A stretch of DNA of 61,067 nt, counting the filler, from Basidiobolus ranarum (Eukaryota), in the NCBI GenBank assembly GCA_040143965.1. It is 9 parts of 9 records of this genome, joined end to end, with 100 filler letters (N's around TTAATTAATTAA, not from the genome) between each part and the next. Parts side by side here need not be neighbours in the genome. Positions count along the whole stretch, not along the records: positions 20,430 to 27,131 come from JASJQH010001264.1; positions 27,232 to 33,927 come from JASJQH010001265.1; positions 34,028 to 40,721 come from JASJQH010001266.1; 6 more parts are not named here. The stretch is one strand, 5' to 3'. Position 1 is the stretch's first letter; each line of letters begins with the position of its first letter. The position numbers and the translations under genes were made by a program. The notes beneath the pieces were generated by a model. The model worked only from the letters and a program-made list of their open reading frames with translations. It did not search any database and was not told where the DNA came from. Positions 23,702 to 37,600 of this stretch are shown piece by piece.

Positions 23702-24235
23702 TTATTTTCCGACCAGTTTCAAAATCAATGCCCTTCTTTCCTCTACAGATAAATCTTCTCTGATAGCCAGTACTGGGCAACTGAGCTCTTTCATCCACAT
23801 TTCATGGATGATCAAGCTTCTTCCAGTTGCCCCACTATCATAACCAGCCGACCAATCTATAAACTCTTGCGACATTTGAATTCTTTCCGGGACCGTATAA
23901 ATAATATCTCCATAACGTTCGTACTCTCTCTTTTTGAGCCTTTCTAGTCTCACTTCAGGTGGAACATACAGAAAAACTGCAAAGTCAAAGGCGGTAAGCC
24001 ACTCTTCACCCCAATTAACAAGAGAGCCACCAATTATCCAGCTCTCTTGCTTTGCTAAATCTTCATGTAATAATTCCAAGCGTTTTGCTCGTTCTCTCTT
24101 CACCATATAAGGGGGATCCGAAACTTCCCAAAAATAGTCATCGCTATCAAAATACGGAATATTAAGTACTTTCGATAGATCGTTGCCCTGTGTGGTAGAA
24201 CCCGCACCAGAGGCCCCAAATATGTGAATTTTCAT
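23702..24235 (-). CDS. Intronless bacterial-type adenylate-kinase-like P-loop protein (AAA_17/18-like, 177 aa)
   Basis: MKIHIFGASGAGSTT, FDSDDYFW, WIIGGSLVNWG, VFLYVPPEVRLERLKKRE, WSAGYD, HEMW: motifs I recognise from a bacterial small-kinase family. Confidence 0.85.
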   Translation of the reverse strand: MKIHIFGASGAGSTTQGNDLSKVLNIPYFDSDDYFWEVSDPPYMVKRERAKRLELLHEDLAKQESWIIGGSLVNWGEEWLTAFDFAVFLYVPPEVRLERLKKREYERYGDIIYTVPERIQMSQEFIDWSAGYDSGATGRSLIIHEMWMKELSCPVLAIREDLSVEERRALILKLVGK

Positions 24236-26504
24236 GGAAGAAAAGAGAAGAGTTGCGATTGCACTCTTTCGATGTGAAGCTATTAAGTATCCAACGGTAA
24301 ATTAATCTCATTGGATCCAGAGTGGAATTACGTAGTGGATAAAATGATGTCACTATCTTTGCAATCAATTGGAGTGCCTTGGCTGATGTTAGAGCCATTT
24401 GATTATTCAGCAGCCGCTATCATCTAGTTATAGCTTTTCAGCCCATGCACCTATTTGTCAAGAGGAGATTAACGTCAGCTTAGGATCTTGGGAATATCCA
24501 ATTGGAAGAGGCTAAGATAGGCTATAATGCATATTCAATATCAGGGGAGTTGAGGGAGAAATGAACTTGTTAGCATTATAGTTGAGACGCTGGTTAGATT
24601 TTCCAGATACGAATACTGTTCCTATGAATTACCTTTATTAGGTGGCCGCAGTAGGAGTGTGGAGTAAAGGCTTAATCGGATTACTGTTCGTGGGGTTCAT
24701 CAGTGATTCTTTCCGGTTATGGAGTTTTCACTACCAATTTCATCGACATCAGGGCTTAAAAAGCTCGTCAATATAGGTGTGTGCAGATTAGATCATCCCA
24801 CAGTTGTGTGGTTCTTTCAGAGTAGTCAGCCTCAATGATTCATTTATTGCTGCATTCTATCTCAAGTCAACAATTTCTCATCGTCAGTGTTGATGCGATG
24901 ATTAGAATGCATCCATTTGCAGGCCCTACCAATGACGCTGGCGGTCGATGCTTAGTTGGTATGTAAAGATGCAAATCTATCCATAGGGAAGTGAGTCCAT
25001 GCCAGAAGCAACTCTTATTTATGAATTCAAGGGTAGCGAGTTCCAGAGATCTCGATTGTAAACGATTCTGGGATTATTATTTCTGATCAATTAATAATAC
25101 AATAGACGTACTTCGACATCCTAGTATAATGATAACAATATCACTGCAGAGTGACTTTTAGTGCGCATGTGTTATTACTATTTTCCGTGATACTACATGA
25201 AAGACCTCTCTGCTTGGCACTTCGATTATATGCCAAACAGGCTTTACATGTAAGAAATAAGAAACTCTAATGCTTCAATAGTCCTATATTGAAGTCAGTA
25301 CTATGCTACGTCCATCACCTGTACATGATAAACCTGGATAACTAACAATATTGTCAAGAAAAGCTATTGATACCACGCTTCACTGGATATGTCTACACAC
25401 ACACATTGTTACACATTACGAATATGCCTAAAGCATAAGAGACGAATCCAATGAGCAGGTACATACACTACTATATCCATAGAACCAAGAAGCAAGCTCG
25501 TTTTCTATATATCAACCCTAACTATATTGCTGCTATTCCCCATGGCTTCATCAACTTCTCCAGTTGCTCTAATATATGGAAGCAAATTAATGAGAACATA
25601 TTTGTCTTTACTGAAATTGAAGATTTTCAGTAAGCGTAGATATGCTTTATTGAAAGCAAGTTATCGTGCATTGTGTCATTCATTGCTATCCATTCTAAGA
25701 TTGTATCCAGAGTAAATTACTTGGGTGGGGAAACGTTTACTCGTATTAATCTTCAGAGTGTGGTAATAATTTCTTGTATCGTCCACCATATAGCTCTAAC
25801 GAATTATTGGTTGAGTGTGGGTCATCACTGGCTGTTGGGTTGAGTTTGGGAAACTGATAATTATCCGACTCGAATCAGTTTGACCATGTTCAATCAATGA
25901 CTCTCCATATGTTTGATCCAGCAATAGTTGATTCGGGTGTAACTGAGCTATGTTTAAACCTGTTATAGAGGCTAAAGGAGGGTGACAACTCATACTGGTC
26001 CTGGTTGGGTCAGGCTTGTTCCTCATAAATATGATCAGGTGTAGTCTCAGGTAGATTTTCAAGTGACTCATCTGGAGTTACTAGGGTTGGGTCTGTTTCA
26101 AACTCATACGCTTTGACAAGGCGTTGCTCATCGTTCAAGTTTTGACTGGCCATCGGGCGGATTCTCCAGTGTCTGACCTGTTTCTACATTGTCTCCCTGA
26201 CTGGAATTTAGTTCTTCCTGAAGTTGTTCAGGCTGCGATTGTTCATCAACTTGTGACTCCACTGTTGATATTGGCTGGTTTTCAGTGAAGCCATCTCTTG
26301 TAGTTGGGAATGTCGGGTAGAGGTTTCACGCTGCATGCTTTCTAGCGATACACTTGATTCCGTGTCTGGCTATTTCACTTCCGAGAGATAATCCTGGGTT
26401 CTTCCTCTAAGAACTTAAGTGAACATTGTAGAAAATCCTAACCCTAAATCACCTTGCATAATGGAGTCCGAATTGAAAACTTGACAATCCCAATATTGGG
26501 TATT

Positions 26505-26528
26505 CCTAACCCTAACCCTAACCCTAAC
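26505..26528. repeat. Short interstitial (CCCTAA)~4 telomere-like repeat
   Basis: cctaaccctaaccctaaccctaac; shorter versions near 26437 and 16766. Confidence 0.7.
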
Positions 26529-27231
26529 TTATTCACTCAGTCTACAATCATTATTACTTGGGATTACTTGACATATTTGGTAGTATACCAGCTTTAATGC
26601 AGATTATTGGATTTCCAAATATATGCATGCTCATCTGGGACAGTGGTTGTTACACTTGCTATTCAATCGTTATACCAATATTAACTGGCGGGGTGGAAGC
26701 AAGGGTGAATATCATGAATCAACAGTAATGACGAGTTAATTTTCATGTCAACTCTGATTTCATGGTACCTGTAGATATCCGTTCTATAGTTGGAAATCAT
26801 TTTCATCCGCCAGATTTCCAATTCTGTCTCACTCAACATACGAATAAAATTGGTACCACAGAAACGACTGGCGATCTTCCAAGATGAGATTGGTGCCAAA
26901 AATACTCGACGGTGGGGTTAATCACGATGGAGTATCAGTTCTTGATTGGACCAGTGATTTGTGAAAGTGAAATAAACAAATCAATTGAAGTTACATGTTT
27001 TCTGACAAGCATAACATACTGAAGCATGCGTGGATTTGAAGCTCAAGGCCCAGATGGACGAATGATTGTAGTGTCCTTAGGTAGAGGTATATGGTGTTGC
27101 TTTGACTAAGCAGGCTCGTCTGCTTAGTCATNNNNNNNNNNNNNNNNNNNNNNNNNNNNNNNNNNNNNNNNNNNNTTAATTAATTAANNNNNNNNNNNNN
27201 NNNNNNNNNNNNNNNNNNNNNNNNNNNNNNN

Positions 27232-27343
27232 CCGATCGAGTGTTATAGGACCCAGCCATGGTAATTGACAGATCGCGCCAGATGGTGTGCTAGCAGGCTG
27301 GATCAAGCGGCACGATCTGACCTGGTCCGATGGAACAAGTCTA
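27232..27343. mobile_element. End of the same putative non-autonomous element as 13410-13523
   Basis: Ends TGGAACAAGTCTA; GC- and CpG-rich, in contrast to its flank. Confidence 0.5.
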
Positions 27344-27599
27344 ATCTTGAGCATAGTGAACAGAAGAAAATCATCACATGTTTAATCCATTTTGGCCTGA
27401 TAATTTAATTCCCATTATAAAATTATTAAGTTATATTTGATATTAATCAATTTTCTCCATTTCATGCAACAAAACTCAACAGCAACCACTTAGGAGTAGA
27501 CTTATATAGTTGTAACAAGTAAAAACTGTACAGGATTGTTTGTACCAGTTCAGAATCTTAGTGGGCCACAGCATCACTAAGCATCAGCTACACTAAGTA

Positions 27600-30500
27600 A
27601 AACATTTTGTTCAAGGATTGAAAGGAAGCAGCAAGATGAAAGTAAAATACAAAGCCCCAGACATCTTTAAACAGATACTCAAGATTGTAATCACCTTTAA
27701 CATAACAATGTATGGTGAAGGACAACCATGTGCTAAGGAGAATAGACAACCCCAAAGTCACCATATACAACCAATCAAAGAAACTCCAATGGAGATTGAT
27801 TTCTTCCACAGAGGGTCCACTACCAAAGAATGTAATCAATGACAATTATGCTTAACATGCCGTAAGAATGGTCATTATGGTAGATATTGCCCAGACAGAG
27901 AGCTAAGGGAGGATATGAAGACCCATAACATTGCTGTGAATAAGGAAGAGTCAGACAACAATCAGAAAGAAGACGTTGAGGCCACTTGACAACTAACTGC
28001 TTAAAATCTTTGTTTTGCAAATGAGAGCTCAGGAAGACTACTACATCTTGATGGCAATATAAATGAAGTTACCACCAGAAACATGACTGATTCAGGAGCG
28101 TCACTTGCAAATAGATAATCCTGTTTTGCCAACAGAGCAGGAAGCTACCAAAGACTTACTCCCTCGACCTGAGCTTCTACTGTCAATGAAGCAGCACACT
28201 CTATTTGTTTAGTAAAAAGTGCTATTAGATCACTGGAGGAGACTACTAGGTTTAGATAAAGGCTTATTTGTTTAAGAGCTGTAACTTGGACTTAGCACTT
28301 GATAAGACTTGGCTATTTCAGTGGATTCCATATATTGACCTAACTACTCACAAGTTGACTATGACAATAGATGGCAAGACCTAACAGCTTACCCCTGCCA
28401 AAATGAAGTATAACTTTATCACAACCCACCAGAAGGGCAATATGTCTCACAGCAAAAGTCCATTCAGCTAAGCTGTCAGGAAGAATCAAGAGATGTTTCT
28501 AATTGCTTTTGTGAAGCACAAGGAGTCCAAGGATATCCCAGCTTCCATGAGAGATGTATTGAGTAAATACCAGGATGTGTTTCCAGAGGAATTGATGGAG
28601 CTTCCACCAGCCAAAGAGGTAGACCATGCAATTAATACAGGAGAGAGTTGACCTATTTGAAAAGCACCAAACTACATGAGTGCCATGGAGCTATAAGAAG
28701 TAAAAAAGCAGATTTACCAAGTCTTAGAGCAAGTATTTGTAAGAGCAAGCAAGCCGCCATGTGGAGCACTAGTCATGTATGTCAAGAAGAAAGATGGAAC
28801 TCTAATAACATGTGTTAACTATTGTGCCCTGAACTCAATCACATCAAAGAACCAATATCCCCCCCCTAGGACAGATGAGCTACTGGATCAACTCAATGGA
28901 GCCAAAATATTTGCAAAACTGAACTTATGTCAGGCTACAATCAGATCCAAGTGAGACTAGATGATATACCCAAGACTCTCTTTTGGTCAAGATATGGACA
29001 CAGGATTATCTTGACATAGGTTTTGGCCTGACCAATGCACCAGCTATTTTTATAACATTAATGCTGAATGTCATTGCCAAGTACTTAGGCTAGTCTGCAT
29101 TTATTTACTTAGGTGACATTCTGATCTATAGTAAGAGTCACAAAGAACATGTACAATATAGTAGAAAAGTCTTTGAGATGCTCCAAGCAAACCAACTCTA
29201 TGGAATACTCAACAGGTGCCAGTTCTTGAAGTTTCAGGTGGAATATCTAGGACACACTGTGACAAGCTCAGGATTAGCCATAGATCCCAGATTGGTTGAA
29301 GTAATCCTGAATTGGAACATCCTACTACCTTATCTGAACTCAGCAAACTCTTAGGAATGGTTTCCTACTGCTGAAGATTTGTAAAAGGATTTGCCTCAAT
29401 CTCTGCCTCAATGACCAAACTGCTACAGAAGGAGAGTGTCATAACTTGGAGCTGTTGATGTGACGTAGCTTTTGAATCTATGAAAGCTGAACTGGCCAAG
29501 TTACCCACTTTGAAGATTGCAGACTTTAATCAGCCATACATTCTCACTACTGATGCCTCAGACCTTGCCTCAGCAGGAGTCCTTAGGCAAGTTTGTGAAA
29601 AGGAGATACTTGCAATTATCCAATGTCTTAAAGTTTGGTGATCCTCTTAAGAAGGAGTCAAGACTACTGTGAAGAGAGACCATGCCTCTCCAAAGTATGT
29701 TAGTACCCAACAGGGGCTATCAAGAAGAAAAGACATGGAGTGAAGACCTTCAACAGATTAATCTGGATCTTACCTATGACCCTGGAAAAGTCTATGTTGC
29801 AGCAGATGCCTTGTCTTGAGCTTATAGTCTTAGGAAGTCCATGTCACTGAAGTATTTGTTTGGCTTGTATTAATACTACAACTCTAGAAGGACCAAACAT
29901 TCCAAGAACCAATGGGGGAGGACGTACAAAAATAATTCATTCAGAAGCAGAGAAATTTGTTGTTCAAGAATAAACCTTTTATTGTATCATTGTTGTTTAG
30001 CCAGTACCTTGCTGCCCCTTTACCAATTAATTGGACCTGGTTCACTAGCAATATAATGGCTATGTATATCTGAAATTGTAGGAACACTCATCCTATTAAA
30101 GACCAGAGCCTGGTAGCCTAAGATGAAGACTGATATGGAGAAACTGATCAAAACTTGCCTTCATTGTCAAATTGTTCAGAGTTAAACCCAGACACATGCA
30201 GCGGTATCCCCTTTGTAGCCAGTAGGACAATTTGAAAGATGGGGAAATGATTTTGCAGCAAGACTACCCATAGCTAAAAGAGGCAAACAATGGATTCTTG
30301 TTGCCATCAATTGTGCAACTGAGTGGCCAGTGCCAAAGCAGTACCAATTGCCAGTGAAGAAGCTTCAAGTTGCATACAACATGAAGTTTGGATGAAGTTT
30401 GGATGCCCAGTTGAAATTCTGTCAGACCAAGGAGCTAACTTGAAGACATCAACCCTAATAGCCCTGTTGGAGCTTGAAAATATCAAGCATTTAAAGACCT

Positions 30501-31124
30501 CTGTCTATCATCCAAGAACTAATGGAGCCACCAAGAGATATAATGGACTTTTTAGCAGGATAACATCCTAGTGTGCCAATTGATCAGCACACAAGAGGGA
30601 TGAGTACATTGAACAAGCTTTATTTGCTGGCCATATCAGAGTACATAGTACAACTCAGAAGTCCTCTTTCTACCAAGTCTATGGATGTCATCCAAAGAGC
30701 CCAACAGATGCCTTGTTACCAAAACTTACCAACCATGTGGAAGTGAACTTGGCCAAATCATAGCAAAGGAGAAGCATGCTTAGGGGGGAAATACAGCAAA
30801 AGCCTGAGTGAAGTAAATGCCTCAAAATGAAGACTTGTTTTCACAACACTGTAAACCCATAGTCAATTGCTGAAAGAACCTCTGTGCTATTAAGAAATAA
30901 CACCAAGAAGAAGCTTGAACCTCTTTGATAGGACCTTTCAAGGTCATCAAAAAACACCATTCTAGACATATCTGATAGTGAATATACATGGAGTCACCAT
31001 CAAAGACTCCATGATTTGGGACAAACTAAAAGTTGGCAGACTTCAAGAAGATGATCCACCAACAAATATTGCTACCACCAGAAGAAAGACTCAGGAGAGC
31101 CTTCTTAACCATAGAGATGGAGAA
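27600..31124 (+). mobile_element. Degenerate Ty3/Gypsy retrotransposon (gag-PR-RT-RH-IN)
   Basis: CLTCRKNGHYGRYC knuckle, DSGAS protease, VKKKDGTL..CVNYCALN, YLGDILIYS, TDASD, FERWGNDF, SDQGAN, YHPRTNG, GPF; many stops and frameshifts. Confidence 0.93.
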
Positions 31125-31678
31125 TGCTATGATTTTTGATTTGCTAATCACTGCAGCTTAAGTTTTGGTTAGGTTTTCCAAACTTCAGTATTATTGGTAT
31201 ATTGATACTGTCAGTATAGCAGTATTATCCACAGATCTGATCAATTGATATCACTAATTAGCAATTATCTAGATATCAATCAATATTAGTCAGCAGTCTG
31301 AAAATGTTCCAGTAGTTAGTCTTGGTAGTCATATGATTACTTTATGAGCATATTCCATGGTTAGTCACATGATCATATATCCTTACTTCTATTAGGTCAC
31401 ATGATGATCTTGAATGTGCCAACCCAACATGTATCAGCACATTGCTATGCTGCCTCAGAATGTCTTAGCCAAGAATTGTGCCATCTCAGTATAATGTAGC
31501 TAAATCTGGATATAGCAATTGGTTAGTAATCAGTAAATGAGTCATTACTCATCTGCTCTATCAGTTTATATATACATACAGAAGTATCTCTGTCAATAAA
31601 GTTCAGCCAAGTTTTAGTGAATATAATATGGGTTTACTCAACCCCTATATGATTTTTAGCTACTTACAAATTATAACA
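31125..31678 (+). mobile_element. LTR (TG...CA) after purine tract
   Basis: agagatggagaa|TGCTATGA...TTATAACA; homologous to about 8630-9190. Confidence 0.65.
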
Positions 31679-32369
31679 ATTTGAGGACCTCACTTAAGGA
31701 TTGCATAAAATTGGCTACTGTCTTAGAGAACTATGGATTAATGCATATGTTCTCAAGAACTTCATACCCAAGGTTTTGCTAATATCCATCACAAATTGTA
31801 TCAGTATCTCCGTCAAAGCTCATCATTGAATTAATGTTGCTAAATCAATATTCTTTCTGCTATCTGGTAGATATCTTGCAACACTATTCCACCTTCACAA
31901 TTCTGATCTTGGCATACTCATCCACCAGATGTAGAATTCTTTTATTACTAGACTATGACATCATATTTGCTCTACCATCCTCTCTTGAGCTAGTTCATCC
32001 TTCTGGCTTATATGGAAATCTTGTAGTTGGGAATATTCCATTAAACCTAGCTAATCAGGTTATCCTATAAAAAGTATATTTCTGCCAGGACCTTCTATGG
32101 AAGGTCTCCTGTTCATCTTTATATCCTCCCCTTTTGTATTAGTCCTTGTAGTACTAAACATCCTGTTACTTGAACTTGCCACAGTATATTCCCTTTTTGG
32201 TATATCATGTTTCAACTTGCCATATCTATGTAGGCTCTCTGCTTTCCTTCATCAGATTATGGTCTGATAAATGCCAGCTATCAGTAAAGATTCCTGCCAC
32301 AGTGTTTCCCCTTTCCAGTGATGTCATTCTGATACAAGTGTTTATGGGATTGGGAAGTGTTTTGAACAG

Positions 32370-33700
32370 AATGTAGATTTGTGAATTGGAGACTCAAGTT
32401 TGATTGAATTGAATATGTCCAATTTAAAGTGTACTAAGAAATAGGACTATTGGATGGGCTTAGATTGTAGCAAACATCCCTGTTAAGCATGAGTGAAATT
32501 TGAGGTGATTTGGAGAAGTTTTGAGAAAGTAGTGAAAATCGATAAAAGTGATCTAATTGATATTTCTATCAATGAAAGGATTAAACACATGTTTTTGAAT
32601 AGCAGAAATGAGTGTTTAATAATCACACAATGAATAAATTAACTGCTAATTAATGAGTTGCTATTTACCCAATTTCATCATTCCTACACAACTAATTATT
32701 TTGTATTTCTCCTAAACCAAACTTATATCTTAATAATTCAAATTGTGCTTTAGCTAAAAGCTTTGTTAAGTTGTCAGCAATCATTTCTTCAGTAGGGCAA
32801 TAGACAAGTTCTATTATATCATTCTTTATTGCTTCTCTAACAAAAGGATGCCTAAAATCTATATGTTTTGTCCTAGTATGAAATGTAGCGCTTTTGGCTC
32901 ATGAAATATAATTTTGATAATCTTCAAATACAAAAATAGCACATTTATGCATGCATCCTTACTTGGAAAATAACTTCTTTACCTATATTTCTTCAAGTAA
33001 AGCGGCAGAGGCAGTCATATATTCTGCTTCTGTAGTGGAAAGTGCTATGGTTGGTTGCTTCTTACTTCTCCAAATTACGGCTCCATTACCACAGAGAAAA
33101 GTGTACCCAGTTGTGGATCTTCTATCATCAAGATTTCTTTCCCAGTCTGCATTACTATAGCTTTAAAATTTTGCACATCAGGAATGGCACAATATTCTAG
33201 AACTGGTTCTACAGCTCCACTCAAATATCTGAATATTTGTTTTACAGCAGTATGTGGGCAGATCCTGGATTTTTGAGATATTGGCTGACAGTTCCCACTG
33301 CCACAGCAATTTCTGGATTTGCTCCAACCAATGTATACATTAAACTACCTACCATGGACTGATAAGGGAACTCCCGTCTTTGAATGTGTCCTTTTGGGCC
33401 AAATTGCAAGAAATATTGCTGAATTTTGGATTGGGATCAATTGGTGCAGATATAGGCCTGCTATTCTCCATGTTAAAGTGTTTAGGGATGTGTAGGATTG
33501 ATCCAGACCAAAATAGTATCATTCTCTGATTAGGTTTTTCTCACTTATGTTGGATTCAGAGGCATTGCCTTATTTCACCCTTATCTGTGATCTGAAATAG
33601 ATTTCATGAGCTGCTTTTCTTCTAATGAATCACTTCTAGATCATTTGTGGCTACAATCCAGTCATTCACATGTAGTGCCAAGATAAAGATCCTTGCATGC
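32370..33700 (-). mobile_element. Copia RT-RNaseH-3'LTR remnant
   Basis: ALHVNE (LYVDD-like), RRSTTGY, ALSTTEAEY, HTRTKHIDF; LTR starts at about 32680 and is homologous to 10070-10416. Confidence 0.88.
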
Positions 33701-34639
33701 TGTTGTGGAAAGAAAAATCTGAAGCCCTAACTACATTCAAGTGCTACAAAGCAATGGCAGAAAAAGAATCAGCACAAAAAATAGGAGTACTGAGGAGTCC
33801 AAATGGTATGGTTCATCTGTGCAAGCTTTATTGGGCCTTGGCTCAATATTAGAGTAAGTGTGATTGCAATTGGTCATGCAAGCGGGTGCTGTGATAAAAG
33901 TGTTTAGGGGATTTGGATGTGTTTTGGNNNNNNNNNNNNNNNNNNNNNNNNNNNNNNNNNNNNNNNNNNNNTTAATTAATTAANNNNNNNNNNNNNNNNN
34001 NNNNNNNNNNNNNNNNNNNNNNNNNNNCAGAATCACTATTTTTGCAAAACTCCTCCAAATCACCTCAAATTTTCACCTCTGCTAAACAGTCTGGGTAGTT
34101 AAGCTCTAAGCACATCAAATAGTTCTATATCATAGTAATGCATAAACAGGACCTATTCAATTCAATAAAACCTAAGTGTCCATTCATAAGTCCAAATTTT
34201 GTCCAAAATACTTCCAAATCCCCCAAACATTTTATCAGTGATCTCCCAGTTTGAAATATAGCCACTACTGCTTCTGACATTGTGTTGGGCATTTCAATAG
34301 CCTGAACTTTGTATGAAAGGTCCATAGGAATGCTCTTTGCTTCATTGTATTGGCTGGAATTGGAAGAAAATGGATTTTTGTCAAGATTTGAGGCCAATAT
34401 CAGTGAGAATACTTCATTTTCTTCAAACATATATTTCCTTGTATTGAACAACTTTGATACTTTGTAAATAGAGTTTGTAGGACTTAGCTTAATGACTATA
34501 ACCCCTAAATAAGTAAGCTTACTTTTTGGAACAAACTTGGACTAATTTTCGTCATAATTTTGGAAAAACAATGCATCCAAAGTTTTTAAATTTTTACATC
34601 ATTGTGCCATTTAAAAGTGTATGTTCATTGCTGCAGCTG

Positions 34640-37600
34640 TTGGAAATATTAATTAGATTGCTTCCACCAATTTTCACTATTTTCTGAATACTTCTCCAAA
34701 TCACCTCAATTTTTCACCTATGCCTTACAGGCATGTATGTTATGATCCAAGCACATCCAATAGTCCTACTTCATAGTAAACTATAAATAGGGCTTGTTCT
34801 AATTAATAAAACTTAAGTTTACAATTCACAAATCTAAATCTTGTGCAAGCTACTACCAAATCCCCTAAATACTTTGAATAGGTTATGAGTGCCAGGCTAG
34901 CTATTAAAGTAAAGTTGACCAGTACTATTACCAACACCTTGTATCCACAGAGATGTTTGCTAGTGACTACTTTCACCTTCGGAAGTTCAATATGCAAATA
35001 GTGCTAGAAGACAAGGACCTTTGGGGATATGTTCAAGGAGAAGAAATTGAGCCAAACCAACCATCAGAAGCTATCCTTGCCTTTCACAAGATGCAGAGGA
35101 AAGCACTCTCCACACTTTGTCTACATCTGAAAGACTCTCAATTGAGACACATGCACTGAGCTAATATCATCTAAAATGCTTGGAAAACACTTGAGAGACA
35201 GTTTGAGACCAAAAGACTGACTAATAGACCATATCTCTGGGCAAAACTACTCCTAATATGGATGAGTTCTTATAATTTGGGGTATGTAAATAAGACACTT
35301 AGTTCTTATTGGATTGAATATGTCCAATCTATAGCTTTACAATGAAACAGAGCTATTGAACATGCCTACATTGTAACAAGCATGCCTGTAAAGCATGGGT
35401 GGAGATTTGAGATGAATTGGAGAAGTTTTGGGATAATAGTGAAAATTGGTAAGTGTTATCTAGTTGACATATCTATCAACTAGAGCAATAAAACACATTT
35501 TTGAATGGCAAAATTGAGTGCCAAGTAATCAGGACAAGACTGAACTAACTTCTAAGTAATGAGTTGCTCAACAGGCAAATTCTACTTAGGTGATGACTAT
35601 GCACAAGATGCAGCTGGTAAGGGCACACCATTTGCAAAATTTGGATAATGTACTCTATATACCAAATAAAGCCCAGAACCAAATGGCAGTAAGCCAAGCT
35701 ACAGCTCAGGGACTAAGCTTCACGTTTAGCATGGCAGGATGCACTATCACAGATCAGAATAATACCAAGTCTACTACAGAATTCAAAACTCAAAACTTAT
35801 ACAAGCTTGGAATCAACAAATTTCATCCTGAGCTTGCAAACATGGCCCAACACCAATTATATTAGCTGTTGGACATGGCATAGAAGATTAGGCCACTTTG
35901 GGGAAAATACTGACCCAAATGAGTGTAAATCAGCCTGTTTCAGACTTCAAAATTGAAAATATCACCAACTTGGATTTATATGAAGGTTGCATTCATGTAA
36001 AAATTCACAGACAGCCATTTTCAAGCTCTGGAGTGACCAAATCTTCTCCCAATCTTATTGTGATTTATTCTGACTTATGTTGGCCTATGAAAAAATCCAA
36101 CTAGGTGGCAAAAGATACTTCATCACCTTTATTCTTGATAAAAAAAGATATACTTGGGTATTCTTTCTCAAATCACTATCAGAAGACTTAACTATGCTCA
36201 TGCACTATGGAGTAATGGTAGAGAAGAAATCTGCACATAAAATAAGGGCACTTAAGCATGGTTGCAAGGGAGAATTGTGCTCTAAAAATGCTGGTAGTTA
36301 TTGCTCTAAACATGCAATTAAGCAACAAACTGCTAAACCATATACTCCACAGCAAAGTAGAGGTGCAGAACCTGCTAATAGCACCATATTAGAGATTGCT
36401 AGATTCATGATAAAAGATCAAAAGCTAGATCAGCAATGTTAGGCTGAATATGTCTCCACTGCAGTCTATCTTGAAAACAGATGCCCATCAAGATTGCTTC
36501 AAAATTCCACTCTAATAAGGCCCTGTATGAATCAAAACCAAGTGCAGATCATCTCAGGATCTTTGGGTGCACAGCATATAGCCTAATTCCAGCTTAAAAA
36601 TGCTCCTAATTGGAATATAAAAGCAGTAAATGCATATTTCTTGGTTACTGTGATGTATTGCAGGCCTACAGACTGCTCTATACCAAAAAACACAAGTTAA
36701 TCAAGTACAGTGATGTAACATGAGAAGGAAAAGATGCTTTTTCATCAAAAATCACAATTTCTGATCCAGAAAATATAATCAGCACTATTCAGAATGTGTT
36801 TGACAAGATTCCAGCTGTATCTCAGCTCAATTCAACCAAATTTACAGACCCTATTACTTCAGAAGAAGATTTAGGACCTTGAAGATCATCCAGAAGGACT
36901 AACAAGCTAGAGAGCTTATGGAACACTCCCAATGTGTATGTCTTCACTTATGCAGCATTGAGTGATAAGCTAGAGAATATATATCAAGCTCTGGAGTTTT
37001 CAAAATCCAAATTATGGGAAAAAGCAATATCTGATGAGTTTGTTTACTTCAGGACATTAAAAACATGGGTTTTAGGCCCTCTACCATCAGTGTGAAAGCA
37101 AATAGGTTGCAAATGGGTTTAAAAAGTCCAAAACCTAGCTGCTGCAATCATAGGTACAATGCTAGGTTAGTTGCAAAAGGTTATACCCAGACTCCAGGAG
37201 TTAACTTTACTGAATCTTTTGCTCAAGTAGCTAAGTTATCTCCATTAAATGAATTTCAGCACTCTCACCCAACTATAACTTTGATTGATCAAATGGATGC
37301 AAAAATAGCATTTCCATATGGATATGTAGAAATAGCAACCTTTATGGAACAACAACATGAATTTGTCAACCTAAAACATACTGATATGGTATTTATACTG
37401 CACAAATTGCTATATGGCCTCAAGCAAGCACCCAGAGTATGGTGCATCAAGTTAGATAGCTATTTAGAATCACTGGAATTCAAAAAATGCCCAGCATATT
37501 GCTGTTTTTACATCAAAACCACCAGAGATAGGATCCTTATCTTGACACTGTATGTGGATGATGTGATCATAGTCCCAAATGCTCAGGAAGCATTTAATCA

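Noticed and set aside
27103-27130. Perfect 11-bp hairpin TGACTAAGCAG/CTGCTTAGTCA
   Set aside because: Lies at the very end of a contig, so it may be an assembly fold-back; no supporting context.
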